Shown here: one piece after another, positions 10,629 through 23,121 of the stretch
Layout: every line of letters begins with the position of its first letter
How positions within the stretch are numbered: position 1 is the first letter of the stretch
Assembly (NCBI RefSeq): GCF_036373705.1
Contig: NC_089855.1
Span: forward strand, 18,085,962-18,149,961
DNA: 64,000 nucleotides
Direction: 5' to 3'
Source: Amia ocellicauda
Lineage: Eukaryota
Notes under the pieces: model-generated
Told to the model about the DNA's origin: nothing
Seen by the model: only the letters and a program-made list of their open reading frames with translations
Databases searched by the model: none
Program-made: the position numbers and the translations under genes

Positions 10629-13600
10629 CTGTGTTACATATGGAGAGGAGAGGGGTGGGGGGGTAATTATTCCTTTTCCTTTGTTAAAGAAAGATTAATT
10701 TTGCACCAGAGATTTTTTTAGTTCAGATATGTTAGTAATAACATTGCTTGCCTCCCATAATTGGCTGAATTAGTGCTTAATTACCAGGCTGTTTAACTTT
10801 ATTAATACTTTATAATACACACAGTTTAGGAGATACTCATATGTCATCTGGACAATGCTATAGGGCTCCACTTCCTAGGGTGGGGAGTAGTTTTTAGTAG
10901 TGTGGGAAATTATTTACCTAGATTGGAAACAACTGTTTGGGAAAGACTCACAGACCTTACACTATACACTTTCCAGGAAGCGATAAAGGCTGCAGTGACT
11001 TACAGCTTCACTCGTATTATAGATCCATCTGGGAAAATGCTTTCCTCCTGGCCGTCGGGGTACAGATTCTTAATGGTCTGATCTGGAAATATGATTTCTT
11101 TTCGGCCATCGGGGAAGTGCTTTTCTGTAAGGAGAAAAACATGACAACACATGAACTGGGTTCTTCTGAATTTAAAAAAAAAAAAAAATCTTTAGAAGAA
11201 ATGAGAGAGAGAAAAAAAAATCCTACCGATTTGGCTATTTGGAAATTGCAATACCTCCAGGCCATCTGGATAGGTGGTATGAGTTGTCTGAGCATCAGCA
11301 TAATAGTAAATCTGAACAAGAGAACATAACACTTGGTAAACATCTATTGCAACAAACAAATGCTTTGGAGTTGGGCAAAGTGATTGATTTATCAGATTCA
11401 ATCACATCACCACTGACTAACTAACAAGGAAAAGTGATATTTTATTGTGAAGGCTCAGCTTTCAGGATCGGTAAGTTGATCTGTTCTTTAAAAACATGCT
11501 GAATTTTGCATAAGTTATGCAATTTAATATAGGTGCAAAGTTATACTTCTTTATATATAACAATCTAAAATGACAAAGCTTATAGCCAGTGCTGAAAAAC
11601 TAGATAATCACCACCTGCTCAAATAAGTGGGGAAACTGGACATCCTAATTAAGGTACTCACCACTCTTTGATCTGCCATGATTTGTTTAACATCTCCATT
11701 AAAGAACGTAACCTTCACAGTCTTCCCATCCGCCAACACCTCTTTACGGGTCCCATTGGGGAAAACAATTAATCTGGATCCACTTCGTAACAGCCGTTCT
11801 ATCTGAAAAAGCACATCGTATAGATATTTTCTATCAATAACTTATTGGCTGTAGACTTAAAACCCATACTGGATACTAGACAGTCAAATCTCAAAGAACC
11901 ATTTAAGACCACTGTTCCTACCTTTCCATCTGGATGAGTGATTTCCTCCTGGATATCGACACTTTCCTTAACGTCACACATTGTCTGTAACAGCCCAGTC
12001 TGCAGCGTGCTCTGCAGAACAAATCATTCAAAGTCTGTTTCAAACTTTCCCATAATCAGATCGTAGAACAAAACGAATATACACTTTAAATAAACGCTAC
12101 ATCATTATGCTACCACATGAGAGAGCTAATCATTTGTGATGTTTAAGCCACCACCTTGTAGCCCTGAAAGCAGATCTGGAGACTTTGGGGATTACAATGC
12201 ATTAAAACAGGGATAAAATGATTGATGGATGTAAAAATAAGCGCTTGAGACATTACATTTACTTAAACTTCCCACTTACAGGAGGGACTGCAGAAGGAGA
12301 TTGTGGGCAGAGCATCATCCGCCTGGGCTCTGATAGCACCTGCTCTTCTGGAACAGATGTGTTGGATGGGACTAGGGTAGATCCCTTACTGTTGACTGTA
12401 ACAGACAAGTTACTTTTGTTTTTCTTCAACAAGTTAATTTTCCAGGACAAGATTTAAAAAATTGGTTAAACTTTCAATTTATGGTTAGTGAAATTACATG
12501 GATAGAGGCTGGCATACAATATTAAGCTATATTTAGTCTCTCAGTGAACTCTTTATGCTGTTCCATAATTAAGTGAATTCTGTGTTTAACCAGAGCAGTC
12601 ACTTTTACAGCTCCTTGATGAACGTCAGATGCCAAACAACTCTTCCAATACAATAGGACTAATTCAACTCTGTTACCTGTGAATCGAAGGTTAATAAAAA
12701 GACAAGCAGACGAGATGATATTTCTGCTTTACCTCTCACTGGGGGGCTGTTCTTCTGTGTTTGCTTTGTCACTGGAGGGCTACTCTTCACAGCACACAGA
12801 GGACTCTGAAAGAAGATGATTATATTTAACTGAACATAATAAGTAGTAGAATCATTCCAGAGAATAATTAATGAAGTAGAATCATTCCAGTTCTGAATAC
12901 AAATGTGTTATTCATACCCAACTTGGGGATTCTGAGATGGGGATTAAGTATATGTCCCCACTATGAAAGGACAGTGACCAGAGAAGCACACCTGTAGTTA
13001 CACTGGACTTACAAATGCCACTGCCCTTTCACAGCCCTGCAGTGGAGAATGCACTATAAACCAAAGAGGATGACTCACAGTGGACTTGGCTCTTTGAAGG
13101 CCATGTGTGCTGGCGTCTGCCTGGTTGGGCTTCCCAGACTCCGCTTCTGCCTGTCTCCATGCCTGCACACGCAGTCGCTCCAGCGCCCGCACCTCATCGC
13201 GCAGGGCACTGTTCTCTTTGCTCACGGTGTCCAGCTGCTGACGCAGACGGCTGTGGGTGCTGGCCCAGCGCGTCTCCCTGCGTTGCAGCTCCTCCTGCAG
13301 GGACGTCACCTGCTGCCTCAGCACCTGCAGCAGAAACACACTCACTAAGCCACATAGCACCACCACTTGAGATCCAAACAGGTCAAACAGAGGTGGACTG
13401 TACTAAAGGTAGTAAATTCACTGGCAGGGTCATGTAGCTTACAAACAAATTCTATTGGTTCAACTCCCTTCCACCCACCACCAGCTGCCCAATACCTCCA
13501 GACATGTATCATCATCACCTATTATACATCCAAATAACACACCTTCTTCACGCTGATGTACATTTAAAAAATGTTTCTTATTGTTACAAGCATCTGCCAG

Positions 13601-16600
13601 CAGGAGTCCGATGCCGAGATGAGGTCTCACCTGCATCTCCTCTCGCTCCTTCTTGTCCGGTATGGCCCTGGCGGCGGCAGCATATTTTTCAAATACTTTG
13701 CGCTCCTTCTGCAGCTTTTTCATCTCCTCTTTCTTCAGCTTCTCCAGGAGAGCGAGCTCCTCAGACTTCTTCCGTTCAGTCTCTGCTATCTCCTTCCTGC
13801 AATGAAGTCTTCTCTTTCAACAACAGTGGAAATTCTCCAGAGACACCCGTAGGTGTATGGCAAAATCAAGCGTAAAATTAACTTGCCCTACAAATCATAA
13901 AAGCACGCAATTTCAACCAAAGTATTGCATCAATTAAGTTAATACAAATGATTACATTTATGAGCATGTAATAATCAAATGGTGTTCTGCACACACAAAT
14001 TGTCATGTTTAGCCTCATACATTTGCAAATGATACATCAACAGCCTTTTGCCATACATCTAATTTAATAAAATTAGTTTTAAAAATAAAATGTCCTAATG
14101 GATTTCTCCAGGGCAAGCCTTCCTAATGACATTCACAACGGTCTTCATACCTCAGGGTCTCCAGTGCCTTCTCCCTCTCCTGCCGCAGAACTGCCAGCGC
14201 AGAGTTTTCTGCCCTGAAGCGCTCGATCTCCGTCTCCAACTCCACCAGCCTGTGCCTCAGCAACGTAGACTGGGGGTTGTTCCCTGAAAGATACATAGCA
14301 TTAGGATAGTAGTAAAGGGAATGGGCCGTGCCTTGTAAAAAGGCACATGGAATATAGAAAAGGACTGGGAGATGCATGGACAAGATTCAATGATATCCTA
14401 AAACAAATTACACGATTACATCTACCTGATGCTTGCTCAGCTGCTTTATTACTCGACGCAGTGTCCTGAGACGGAGCAGGTTTGGGTTTGGGCTTCAGGG
14501 ATGGGAATAGCTTGGCTATCAGATCTGAAGTTGGGGGAGGCTCTGAACCATCTCCTGATTTAGCCTCGGCTGTCTTCACCGCAGCCACCTTCCTCTTAAG
14601 CGCTCTGTCTGTCAGCGAGGTGCTTTTTTCGGTTGGGGAGACAGACTCACTATGGGCTACTTCCGGACATCTTGGAATATCTTCCACCTCCACGTTACCA
14701 GTGTCATTGAAGTCATTCCACGTGTCGTCATCGTCAAACACAAAGCCATTTGTGTTATTTGTCCCCTTGTCTCCAGTAGTGGTTAGACCATCAGTGCTCC
14801 CATAACCACACTCCCTGGCTGCAAAACTGTGCTTTATAGCACCATCTTGATAGGATGATCTGTCATATTGGAGTGCATTGGAGTCATAAAGACCACTGGG
14901 CCCTGCTTTCCCCTCCTGCAGGGTCTTTTCATCCTGCAGAGTATCATCCAGGTCCTCAGAGTCTAAATCGCTTTGCCACGAATGGTCACATACTGCATCC
15001 ATTGCACTGGATTCATCTCCTCTATCCTCTGGATCGTTATTCTGGTCCTTTAAATCCCACTCTGATTTTGCTGCCTGCTCAGCCTCCTCTTGCTTGAAGC
15101 CCCCAGTTTCTCGTGTAGTCTGGGAGCCAAGGGGACTCTGGCCAGCTTTGTTGCTGGTTTCTGGATTTTCCTTCAAAGGTTGTGGAGATTTAACAGGTGT
15201 AGAGGACAGCCTGTGCCCTCTGTGCTCCTGTTGGTCCATCTGCAGCACTTTTAGGACAAAGGAGGAGTTGCTAGAAAAGGAAATTTCATCAGCTGCCTGT
15301 TCCAGAAGCTCAAACTCATCGAGTTCTATGTTCTCCTTCTGTTTCTGCGTCTCCCACTTCTCGGATTTCCTCTGGAAAGACAGCTCAAAGGAATACTCCC
15401 GGTCTTTAGGAGGTATGTCTGTAGATAACTGCGGCAGTATACATTGACCTTTCTCCTCCAAACATGCCTGCTTTACAACAGTCTTTGCAGGCACAGCACA
15501 CACTGTTTGGGAAGCTTCTACTCTTATCCCTTGAATCTTCATGCCCACTGCTTCCTGGGATTTCGCAACCTGCCCCAGTGGTTTGCTCTGATTTTGAGGT
15601 CTGAAGTCTCTTGCAGGGTCTTGAGTCATGGTCTGCCCAATATGGTTGCCAAGAACCTTCAGCACCTGCCCCCCCCTGGTCAAGGACACGGGCTCTGGCC
15701 GGTTGAAAGGGCTCTTTAAATGCTCACAGTTGTTCTCTTTGTTCAAAATGGCAGTCTTGCGCTGGACTGGCTGTAGGGTGTTCTTTACTGTGTTCTTGGG
15801 CTCTTGCTGTTGGGCATTCTTCACAACATGCTTGGGCTGTGCCTTAGCATTGGTTTTAATGGGTTTCTTGACTGGAACAGCTTTCCCTTTAGTAAACCGG
15901 GAAAGACCTTCGCCACGCTTCAGGAAGGTTCTTTTAGGGTTGTCTTTTATTTCCTCGGTCGGAGCTGGGCCCTTTAAATATAAATATAAATAAAAACCCT
16001 TGAAAAATATTAGGGATGATAGCAGTACATCTTAATAAAGGGATATGAGAGGTCTGGAGATCTTAAAAGCAAGATCTCAAACTAGATTTACTTTCTCTTG
16101 CAGTAATAAATACCATGTAATGGTAATACAAGAAAACAACAGTTTTTCCCCCTTTATTTCTATGAATATCAGCCAGTACAATTACAGCACCAAACAAACC
16201 TTTCACAAAGTCCTAAAAATAGTTATCAAAAGCAGCCCTGTCTACTCTATTCCCACTAAGGAGTGCTTGCTGCTGCTGTAAAGGATCAGCTGAATGAAGC
16301 ATGAGCACAGACCTGCTGCTCCAGTTCAGTCGCTCGTAGCCTCTGCTCCTCCAGTCTCAGCTGTTCCTCCAGGAGCTCCTCAAACGTCTGCTTCCTGCCT
16401 CCAATCCCAGGCCTGATTGGCCTAGTCATTCACGCGTCAAGAACAAAAACATGGACACATTTAATAAGGATGGGGTCATTATAGTAGAAATATATACTAT
16501 GCATTATGAGTGCGATCACTTAAATATTATGGAGAAAAAAAAAAAAAAAAAAAAACTAAACAAGCAAGCCTCATTATAGCTTCAGCTCCATAGATAAATG

Positions 16601-18328
16601 CAGAAAGTGCCACTTGAAACTGAGAATATGAGCTTCTGAAATAGCACACAATGAAACACATAGCCCATGCCTTGAGAGCTTTGCTGGTTGTGAACTAACT
16701 TGTCCCCATTTGCGTACCTGTCCCCTGTCTGTAAGAGTTCTTCCTGTGAGGCATCATCTCCGTCTGGGCCCCGGAGGAGGGACTCTTGTGTCACACGGGG
16801 CTTCCTGGGCTGAGGTGTGTCTTCATAAATACTGCTTCTGTGCAGCTCTTCACTACTTGGACCTTCAGAAGAGAGGCTTTGTCCTGTTGAGGGAAGAACA
16901 TGTTATTTTGAAATATAAATGATCTTCCAGTAAAGTAATAATTGGAAATCATAAATGTCTGGTTTCACAGAGCTTGAGCAGCACGGGTCTAAAACTTCTC
17001 CATGTAAAATAACATTGAGTCCATGACTACTGCTAATTTGGGTCTCAAATCGTATTAAAATTGTATGTATATTTAGTCAAATTATATTTTCCTCAGATAG
17101 GTATCACAACAAAGCAATTACACTGGAAATGTTATACTTCTTCTACACCGGGTACCTCAAGAACATTCCTAACTAGATCATGTCAGGTATAAATCACTGA
17201 ATTATACTAAGAATAATATAGCCTACATGTATACTCTGAGCTGAATGTTTGTTTCCCAGGAGTTTTACCCATAGTTGCATTTGAATCTTCCTCTTCTTCG
17301 GTATCTGGATCACAGGGGCTCCCTAGTACACTGTTTCTCAACGTCCGGTCTGCTTTCTGCTCAGGGGATTCTGCCTGCAGCGCTAAGGAATACTGCTCCA
17401 CAGGGACTCTACAGTCAGTCACACTGGAATAAGTGTGTACATTTGGTAGTGAGAAAAGTCCCTTTGAAGCATCGTAGGCAGACATCTCTTCATTTTCAGC
17501 AGGCTCGGGCATCTTGGGGTCACCTGTATAACAAGAGAAATACAGTTGCTGGTAATGGCATAACTACCGATCCACTCAAATTATTAATTTTGAAACCTAC
17601 ATCCACAGTGTTACCTGTGAGGGCCTGCTGTGCAGACACCATGTGGAGCAGTCTCTGCTGCTCCTCCAGTAGCCGGTGGAGCTGCTGCATCTGGTGGAGC
17701 TTGAGTTGTTCCTGCTTCTGCTGCTGCCACTCCTTCAACTGAACACACAGAGCCACGGTTACAAAACCCGGGCCCTAACCCTCTTATTACACACAACTCA
17801 CAACCTGCTCTTGAAACAAACCCAAAATGTGCACAATACACTAGCAGCCTATCCAGAACTGGAATTTGTAATATTGGGCATAAAATATACAATTACTAGT
17901 TGTACCTGTTCAAGTTTCTGCATTAAGGGAAAGTCATGCCTCTGTCTAGTGTTGCCAGCCTCATCCATGCTGTCTAGCTCCCGGGACAGACCTTCAGAAG
18001 TTGCAGGTGATGAGATAGTGTTCAGTCCAGTGGGCTGGAGGGCTCTGATGTCAAACGAAGTGTCACCCTCCTGGTTTGAGGTGCCTTTAGCTGCAGCATC
18101 TGCCAGCAGAAGGGAGTCCACACTGAGGCAGCTACTGTTATTTGACGCAGGGAGTGGGACGAACTGGGTGGAGAAAGAATCATTGACATCCTCTGGCATC
18201 CAGGTGGCTTTCAAGGGGCTAACGAAGTCCAGTTGATGATTCAGTATTACCCCAGCCCGGGAACTGCATGGCATCCACTGAGCTAGAATGTTTGATTCTG
18301 ACTGCAACCCAGCTGAAGATGACATCAT
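10436..18328 (-). CDS. cenpj: Centromere protein J (CPAP/SAS-4 homologue), a complete CDS of 16 coding exons. The C-terminal G-box/TCP10 repeats are recognisable.
   Basis: Block-wise similarity to human CENPJ: N-terminus …QWM…SRAGVILN; a [13 protein letters not shown] exon; a large 1.5-kb central exon with [27 protein letters not shown] and FPSLKPKPK; coiled-coil exons ([30 protein letters not shown]); G-box repeats [22 protein letters not shown] and [32 protein letters not shown]. Confidence 0.9.
11004..11124 (-). CDS. cenpj: cenpj exon (G-box: [40 protein letters not shown])
   Basis: Acceptor ctccttacag|AAAAGC, donor GAAGCT|gtaagt. Confidence 0.8.
11227..11311 (-). CDS. cenpj: cenpj exon ([28 protein letters not shown])
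   Basis: Acceptor cttgttcag|ATTTAC, donor CAAATCG|gtagga. It matches human …[20 protein letters not shown]…. Confidence 0.8.
11662..11802 (-). CDS. cenpj: cenpj exon ([47 protein letters not shown])
   Basis: Acceptor tttttcag|ATAGAA, donor GAGTG|gtgagt. It carries the canonical G-box. Confidence 0.85.
11922..12011 (-). CDS. cenpj: cenpj exon ([30 protein letters not shown])
   Basis: Acceptor gttctgcag|AGCACG, donor GGAAAG|gtagga. Confidence 0.75.
12280..12395 (-). CDS. cenpj: cenpj exon (…[38 protein letters not shown])
   Basis: Acceptor ctgttacag|TCAAC, donor CCTCCT|gtaagt. Phase-consistent. Confidence 0.65.
12733..12805 (-). CDS. cenpj: cenpj exon ([24 protein letters not shown])
   Basis: Acceptor ttctttcag|AGTCC, donor GAGAG|gtaaag. 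Phase-consistent. Confidence 0.6.
13079..13324 (-). CDS. cenpj: cenpj coiled-coil exon ([63 protein letters not shown]…QRAKST)
   Basis: Acceptor tgctgcag|GTGCTG, donor TCCACT|gtgagt. It matches the human ETKWSSTHSRLR block. Confidence 0.85.
13631..13796 (-). CDS. cenpj: cenpj coiled-coil exon ([55 protein letters not shown])
   Basis: Acceptor cttcattgcag|GAAGG, donor ATGCAG|gtgaga. It is near-identical to the human [18 protein letters not shown] block. Confidence 0.85.
14151..14283 (-). CDS. cenpj: cenpj exon ([44 protein letters not shown])
   Basis: Acceptor tatctttcag|GGAAC, donor CCTGAG|gtatga. Confidence 0.85.
14426..15971 (-). CDS. cenpj: cenpj large central exon (about 515 codons; [26 protein letters not shown] … [27 protein letters not shown] … [10 protein letters not shown] … AEQAS)
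   Basis: It extends ORF 14301-15824 in the same frame. Acceptor tatttaaag|GGCCCAG, donor CATCAG|gtagat. Confidence 0.85.
16313..16421 (-). CDS. cenpj: cenpj exon ([36 protein letters not shown])
   Basis: Acceptor aatgactag|GCCAAT, donor GCAGCAG|gtctgt. It matches human [21 protein letters not shown]. Confidence 0.85.
16534..16554. repeat. poly(A) homopolymer of about 21 nt in a cenpj intron
   Basis: Read directly. Confidence 0.9.
16718..16883 (-). CDS. cenpj: cenpj exon ([54 protein letters not shown])
   Basis: Acceptor ccctcaacag|GAC, donor GGGGACAG|gtacgc. Confidence 0.7.
17269..17523 (-). CDS. cenpj: cenpj exon ([40 protein letters not shown]…[12 protein letters not shown])
   Basis: Acceptor tatacag|GTGACC, donor CTATGG|gtaaaa. 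Confidence 0.7.
17615..17738 (-). CDS. cenpj: cenpj exon ([41 protein letters not shown])
   Basis: Acceptor tgtgtgttcag|TTGAAG, donor CTCACAG|gtaaca. It matches human [27 protein letters not shown]. Confidence 0.85.
17906..18328 (-). CDS. cenpj: cenpj first coding exon. ATG at 18328 ([32 protein letters not shown]…[10 protein letters not shown]). The exon extends 7 nt further into the 5'UTR, to 18335.
   Basis: ORF 17849-18328. Donor GAACAG|gtacaa at 17905. The human N-terminus …LTQWM…SRAGVILN is conserved. Confidence 0.85.
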
Positions 18329-19058
18329 TTACTTTCTTCAGGGTATCTTGATGGCAGGGTGTATAGACATGCTAATAATTTCCTTCAATTACTGTGCTTC
18401 CTATCAAGACCTGGTGAATTCAAACACAGTTGAGTAACAATCACTAACAGATGCATATAACGACCAGTTTAAAGCAATTCCCCTCAATATATTTTACATG
18501 ATACCGTGCATTATATAGCTAGTGCTTATCTGTTTTAATACAAAACACTTATCACAACCCAAATCAATCCAAATCAATAATGTAATTCTATTAAATGTAC
18601 ACGTCAAAGTGCTTCAGTGACGTGGTGTAAAGAATATCGTATGCAAAATTATTATATCGGACATCGACAACATTGCATGGTTAACTAACAACAGGCAAAA
18701 ACTTTATTGCATTATTAGTGTATTTCATTTTCCAAGACAGAATAAATGTATTCTTACCAAGGCCTTAGGTTCAAAACGTTTTGTTATTTAGAAATTACCC
18801 TGACAGATTGCGTTGAAAGTGAGCATCCCCACTTTCTGCATAATACATTCGTTGCAATTAACAATATTTGAAGTACTTTACATAGCATATATAAGATTGT
18901 ATGTGTTGCCAATATTAATCAATGCATTTTGTTTTACTGTATAAAATACTACTACTATATCAACTGTAACTCCTACAACTAACTACATTATACCGCTGTG
19001 CAAATAATGCGTATTTGATATAATATATAGATTCCATTTGAACGTAAAGGTTTCTTAC

Positions 19059-19200
19059 CTAATATTTTCCAAAAGCTCAAGTACACACACATTGACAAAC
19101 TCCGCGCTCCCTTAGAAACAGACAATACATCTTTCCGAATATACCGCCATATAAAAACAATGCCCGCGAGAGAGCGGCAGTTCCCACCGGCGCTGTGGAT
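19059..19200 (-). other. cenpj: Putative non-coding first exon (5'UTR) of cenpj. The TSS is not determinable from sequence.
   Basis: A consensus donor (minus) TATTAG|gtaagaaacc lies at 19058-19053. It sits directly downstream of ZNF143/CCAAT/ETS promoter motifs. The coding exon at 18335 has an acceptor and no upstream in-frame ATG of its own. Confidence 0.45.
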
Positions 19201-19950
19201 TCTGGGAATTGTAGTAACAGCAGGCGACCATCTACGTTTGAAACATTAGGGAATTCTGATGCTGAACTACGTTTCCCATAATGCAGTTCTCGATGTACGT
19301 TAAAGGGACGAGGTGGTGACGTAATGTTAAAGGTCGCGTTGTGGTGCAGATTTACGCAGATCTGCGCTGCTCCGACAATGGGATTGGAGGATTTCTGCAG
19401 ATCTGCACAGAACTGTGGCAATCTGCGCTACAAGAACGCGAGCATACGCATTTTAAATAAATCTGCAGTGTTTGTTTACATTACACAAGGCGGGAGGAGG
19501 GCGCTAAAGTTACAGATGATAGCCGCTAACTTTGGGTCAAACACTGTTACCAATATCTGATGGTTCTTCTCAAAATGTAACTATGGACTCGACATTGTTA
19601 CAGTTAGGTAGTTGCTGCCTTTAAAATGTATATATATATATATATATACACTTTACTTAAAAACAAAACAAAACAAAACCAAAAAACTAGCGCGGAGCAA
19701 CTGAAGTTGGTACAAATGAGACGACTGCAAACATCCAAACCACACACAGCTCCTTGCACCAACGGTATAATTACATGAAACTTAGCGGGCGAGAGGAGGC
19801 TAAATACAGTTTCATTTTTAAAGGTTTATACTATCAGATGTCCACTAGATGGGAATATAGATCCCATTCTTCATAAACTGAGGGTGAAAAGCAGGCTTGC
19901 TATACCCGGAAGTGCGAGTCAGGCAGGACCGGGATTGGCATTTGCAGTTG
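19060..19950. promoter_or_regulatory. cenpj/parp4 head-to-head (bidirectional) promoter region
   Basis: There is an elevated-CpG interval of about 0.9 kb between the divergent first exons. ZNF143 SBS-like motifs lie on the minus strand at 19198-19219 (ACTACAATTCCCAGAATCC) and on the plus strand at 19265-19293 (ACTACGTTTCCCATAATGCAG). ETS/GABP CCGGAAGTG lies at 19905-19914. CCAAT (ATTGG) sites lie at 19381-19386 and 19933-19938. Confidence 0.6.
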
Positions 19951-20030
19951 TGTTTTCACTCGCCAGACCCCGACCAGCAGCCGCACTTCGAGCTGATCCC
20001 CCGGCACAGCTGACGTGGGAAACTACACAG
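19950..20030 (+). other. parp4: Putative non-coding exon 1 of parp4. The start is approximate.
   Basis: A strong donor ACACAG|gtacat ends at 20030. The ATG-containing exon 24380-24511 has an acceptor (aacttgcag|TTAATCATG). Confidence 0.45.
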
Positions 20031-23000
20031 GTACATATTTATTTCATCTAAACACTTCGATACACAAAAGCGATCGTTTATTCAGAAGTATTTGAACAGC
20101 TGATATAAGCGTCACAGACTGGGGGAGGGGTGCTGTGTGGACTTACTTGACAATAAATGAAAGTGCCTACATGTAACGCAACATGTTTGAAATGTTGAAA
20201 ATGGAGTGCGACATCAGACCAGTGACATTGCATTTATTTACACTCATTAGGTGGTTTATCTTGCAATGTAACCTATCTGTAAAGCTCATTTTGATTGGCG
20301 AGAAAAGAAGACACTAGTGAGAAACACCCAGTTGTCCCCTAAGGGCTTATCAGAATAAAAAGGCATAACTTCAGTTGTCAAATGGTGGGTTAAAACCAGG
20401 GAGCATGAAACACAAGTGCTGTTCTGACCTGGATCAAAGATTACCTCGACCAATAGACCAATATAACAATCACCTGATATGTTGTAATGCAATACATCTA
20501 ATTGTGTGTGGAAGGTTGACTAATATCCTGAAACCCAACTTGCTGGTAATGAAAAGGTGTGTTGAACCCAGGTAAAGAATTGAAGTCTTAACGCACAGAG
20601 GATAATGTATTTATTTAACATGCCAGCCCTGGGAGCTCTGACATGGAAGCTCTCCACCTGAGTCTCTCTGAACAGCAAGATATTTACAGCTTTCATACAA
20701 TGCATGCCATGTGGTTCAGTGGGCAGAGTCAGTCACAGGCTTCCAAGAAGTGGAAGGTCAAGTCTTGAGGTCAAGTTCCTGGCCTTTGTAATGTCCTTGG
20801 TTGTCTTCCTGGGGGAAGGTGTGGGATGTGGAAACCAGATGGCTTCCTTGGATATACTGGGAGAGGTCTAGTCCCAAGGGTCATCATAGCAACTGTTATT
20901 CAATAACCATGATGTGACTGCTCCAGCCTTAAGATAAGCCACAGCAATGCATGAAGCAAATGCTGGGAGGGACTTTTGCTGCGTCCACACTCGTAAAAAC
21001 AGCCTCACTAACATTTGTTTGCTTGACAATTAATACAATTGGCTCTGTTGACGTATTAGTATTTCAAACATGAGTGTAAAACATTATACAGCATATACAA
21101 AGCATTAATACGGGCTCTTCAGGTGCATAAGGGGATTATTAATGGTATAATATATTTTCTTATTTCATGTTGTTGCGGTCCTCCTGCCAATACTTGTTGT
21201 TATTATTATATACATATATGAAATTACATGTCGAGTCTCATGTCAGCCATACAATCACTGTCAGCAAATAAAATACAATCTACATTTTATATTTTATATG
21301 TTGCTATTTTATATTGTTTTTAAATCAATCGTACATGATCAAACATCAATATACCCAATGTATGTACAAATACAATTTGTACCTATCAACTGGACTCCTC
21401 CCTCCCTCCAGTCCCTGTGCAGTGGCAAACTGTTTAATAAACTAATTCAGGATAACTGAATCAAATTTAGGAAGATTCCTGCCCTAGTGTCCCCAGGTGG
21501 AAGGGGCCCCAACAGGTTTTCATTTACGATTCTCATGTGATGTCAGAGCACATTTCAAAACCACACCAAGGAACAGCCCGGGGGAAAGTAGGGGGTACTA
21601 ACAGGCCAAAATACATCGGATTGCTTGCATATTGGTTCACATCTTCGCATGCATACTGTATCAGTTTGTGTGTGTACTGAAACTATATTTAGCCTCCCCT
21701 CAAGTGGGCGGGGCAGGACTAAGACGGACAAAAGGAAATCAAGGCGGTAACAGCAGTGTGATTTAACTCATCTGAGCAAGACATTACAGATTACTTTTAA
21801 GTATTGATGGCTGTATTCAAAACACGTATTACACACCAACATTTCAATTGGTTTATTGTTCTCAAATTATCTGATTCTAGAGCAGGCGATGTGCAAAAGA
21901 ATGATTTATTTTTAATAAAGTTTGTGTATTGGATGAATACAATTCCATTAATTTTCTGAATCTCAAATAAGAGGGCTGTAAGCGAGGCTATATCTACCTG
22001 AATCATATTGTTTAGATTTATTTATCAATGTGTTTTTTCTAGTAATGTGTGTTCATACAGAGTTGTAGACTTAATCACATTACCAGTGAATGTTGAAATC
22101 ATTTAATCCATCACTTATTTTGCTCTAAAACACATGATTTTCTACACATCACATATTCATATATTATTATCACGATTTGTTTTATTATCAGATTTGATTT
22201 TCTGTTCATAATTATATGTCTAATAATTTTGTCTTCCCGATTATGATGTTTATATTGAATCCGATAGTTGCAACAGAGCTGTTTATTTCCTTTATGAAAG
22301 TATCGTTAATCTAATAAATAATATTATTTATTTCTAAACAGATTACCTTGTCCAGGGTGACTTACAATTAAATACAATTACAATATACAATAACTTTAGT
22401 GCTAGTAAGAGCAAGTGTCAGAGACAATTCCATTAAATACAGTACTACTGGTAATGAGTAATTAGACACCATACAATTCATTTTCCTGATAATAATAATA
22501 ATACATGTTATATTGTAATGCAATTATTGTTAATCTAATAATACAAAGCCAATATAATATTATTTGTTTAAATAGGTGTGTAAAATATTAGAATATTGGA
22601 CAAATAATTGATCACATTCAATATTGTTGAATTTCGGATATAGTCCAATTATTAAATGCAATTATTTATTTTATTAGGAGAGAAATGAGAATGAAATGCC
22701 AGATATTACTCTTATGGATTATTATAACTGGAATTTTTTTTTTGTATTCATTAGCTATGTTCAGTTTTTATTTTGAGACAACATATGCAAGGATTCTAAC
22801 TTGCTTAAATGCGAGCATCCAGAGTAAGAATGGGAGACGAGCTTTTCTCAGAGTGCAACTATGTAAAATGCAAATGTATCTTGTGAGCAGTGTGGGTCTG
22901 AATGAATGTCTATCTGGTCAACATTTAATTTGCTGAGATTTCTACTCTGATGAAGTAAAGTGTTTACATTTACTGTACTTTACATTTTGGAAAAGAGCTT

Positions 23001-23071
23001 TTTTACAGTTTTACAAATTTGATTAAAACTGTCTACATCTAACCCAGATGATAAACTGCATGACTGTGGCC

Positions 23072-23072
<1 letters not shown>

Positions 23073-23121
<49 letters not shown>

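Noticed and set aside
13105-13437. Plus-strand ORFs across the cenpj coiled-coil exons (13049-13348, 13105-13437, 13504-13875)
   Set aside because: They are antisense to well-supported cenpj exons, with Ala/Pro-rich low-complexity translations.
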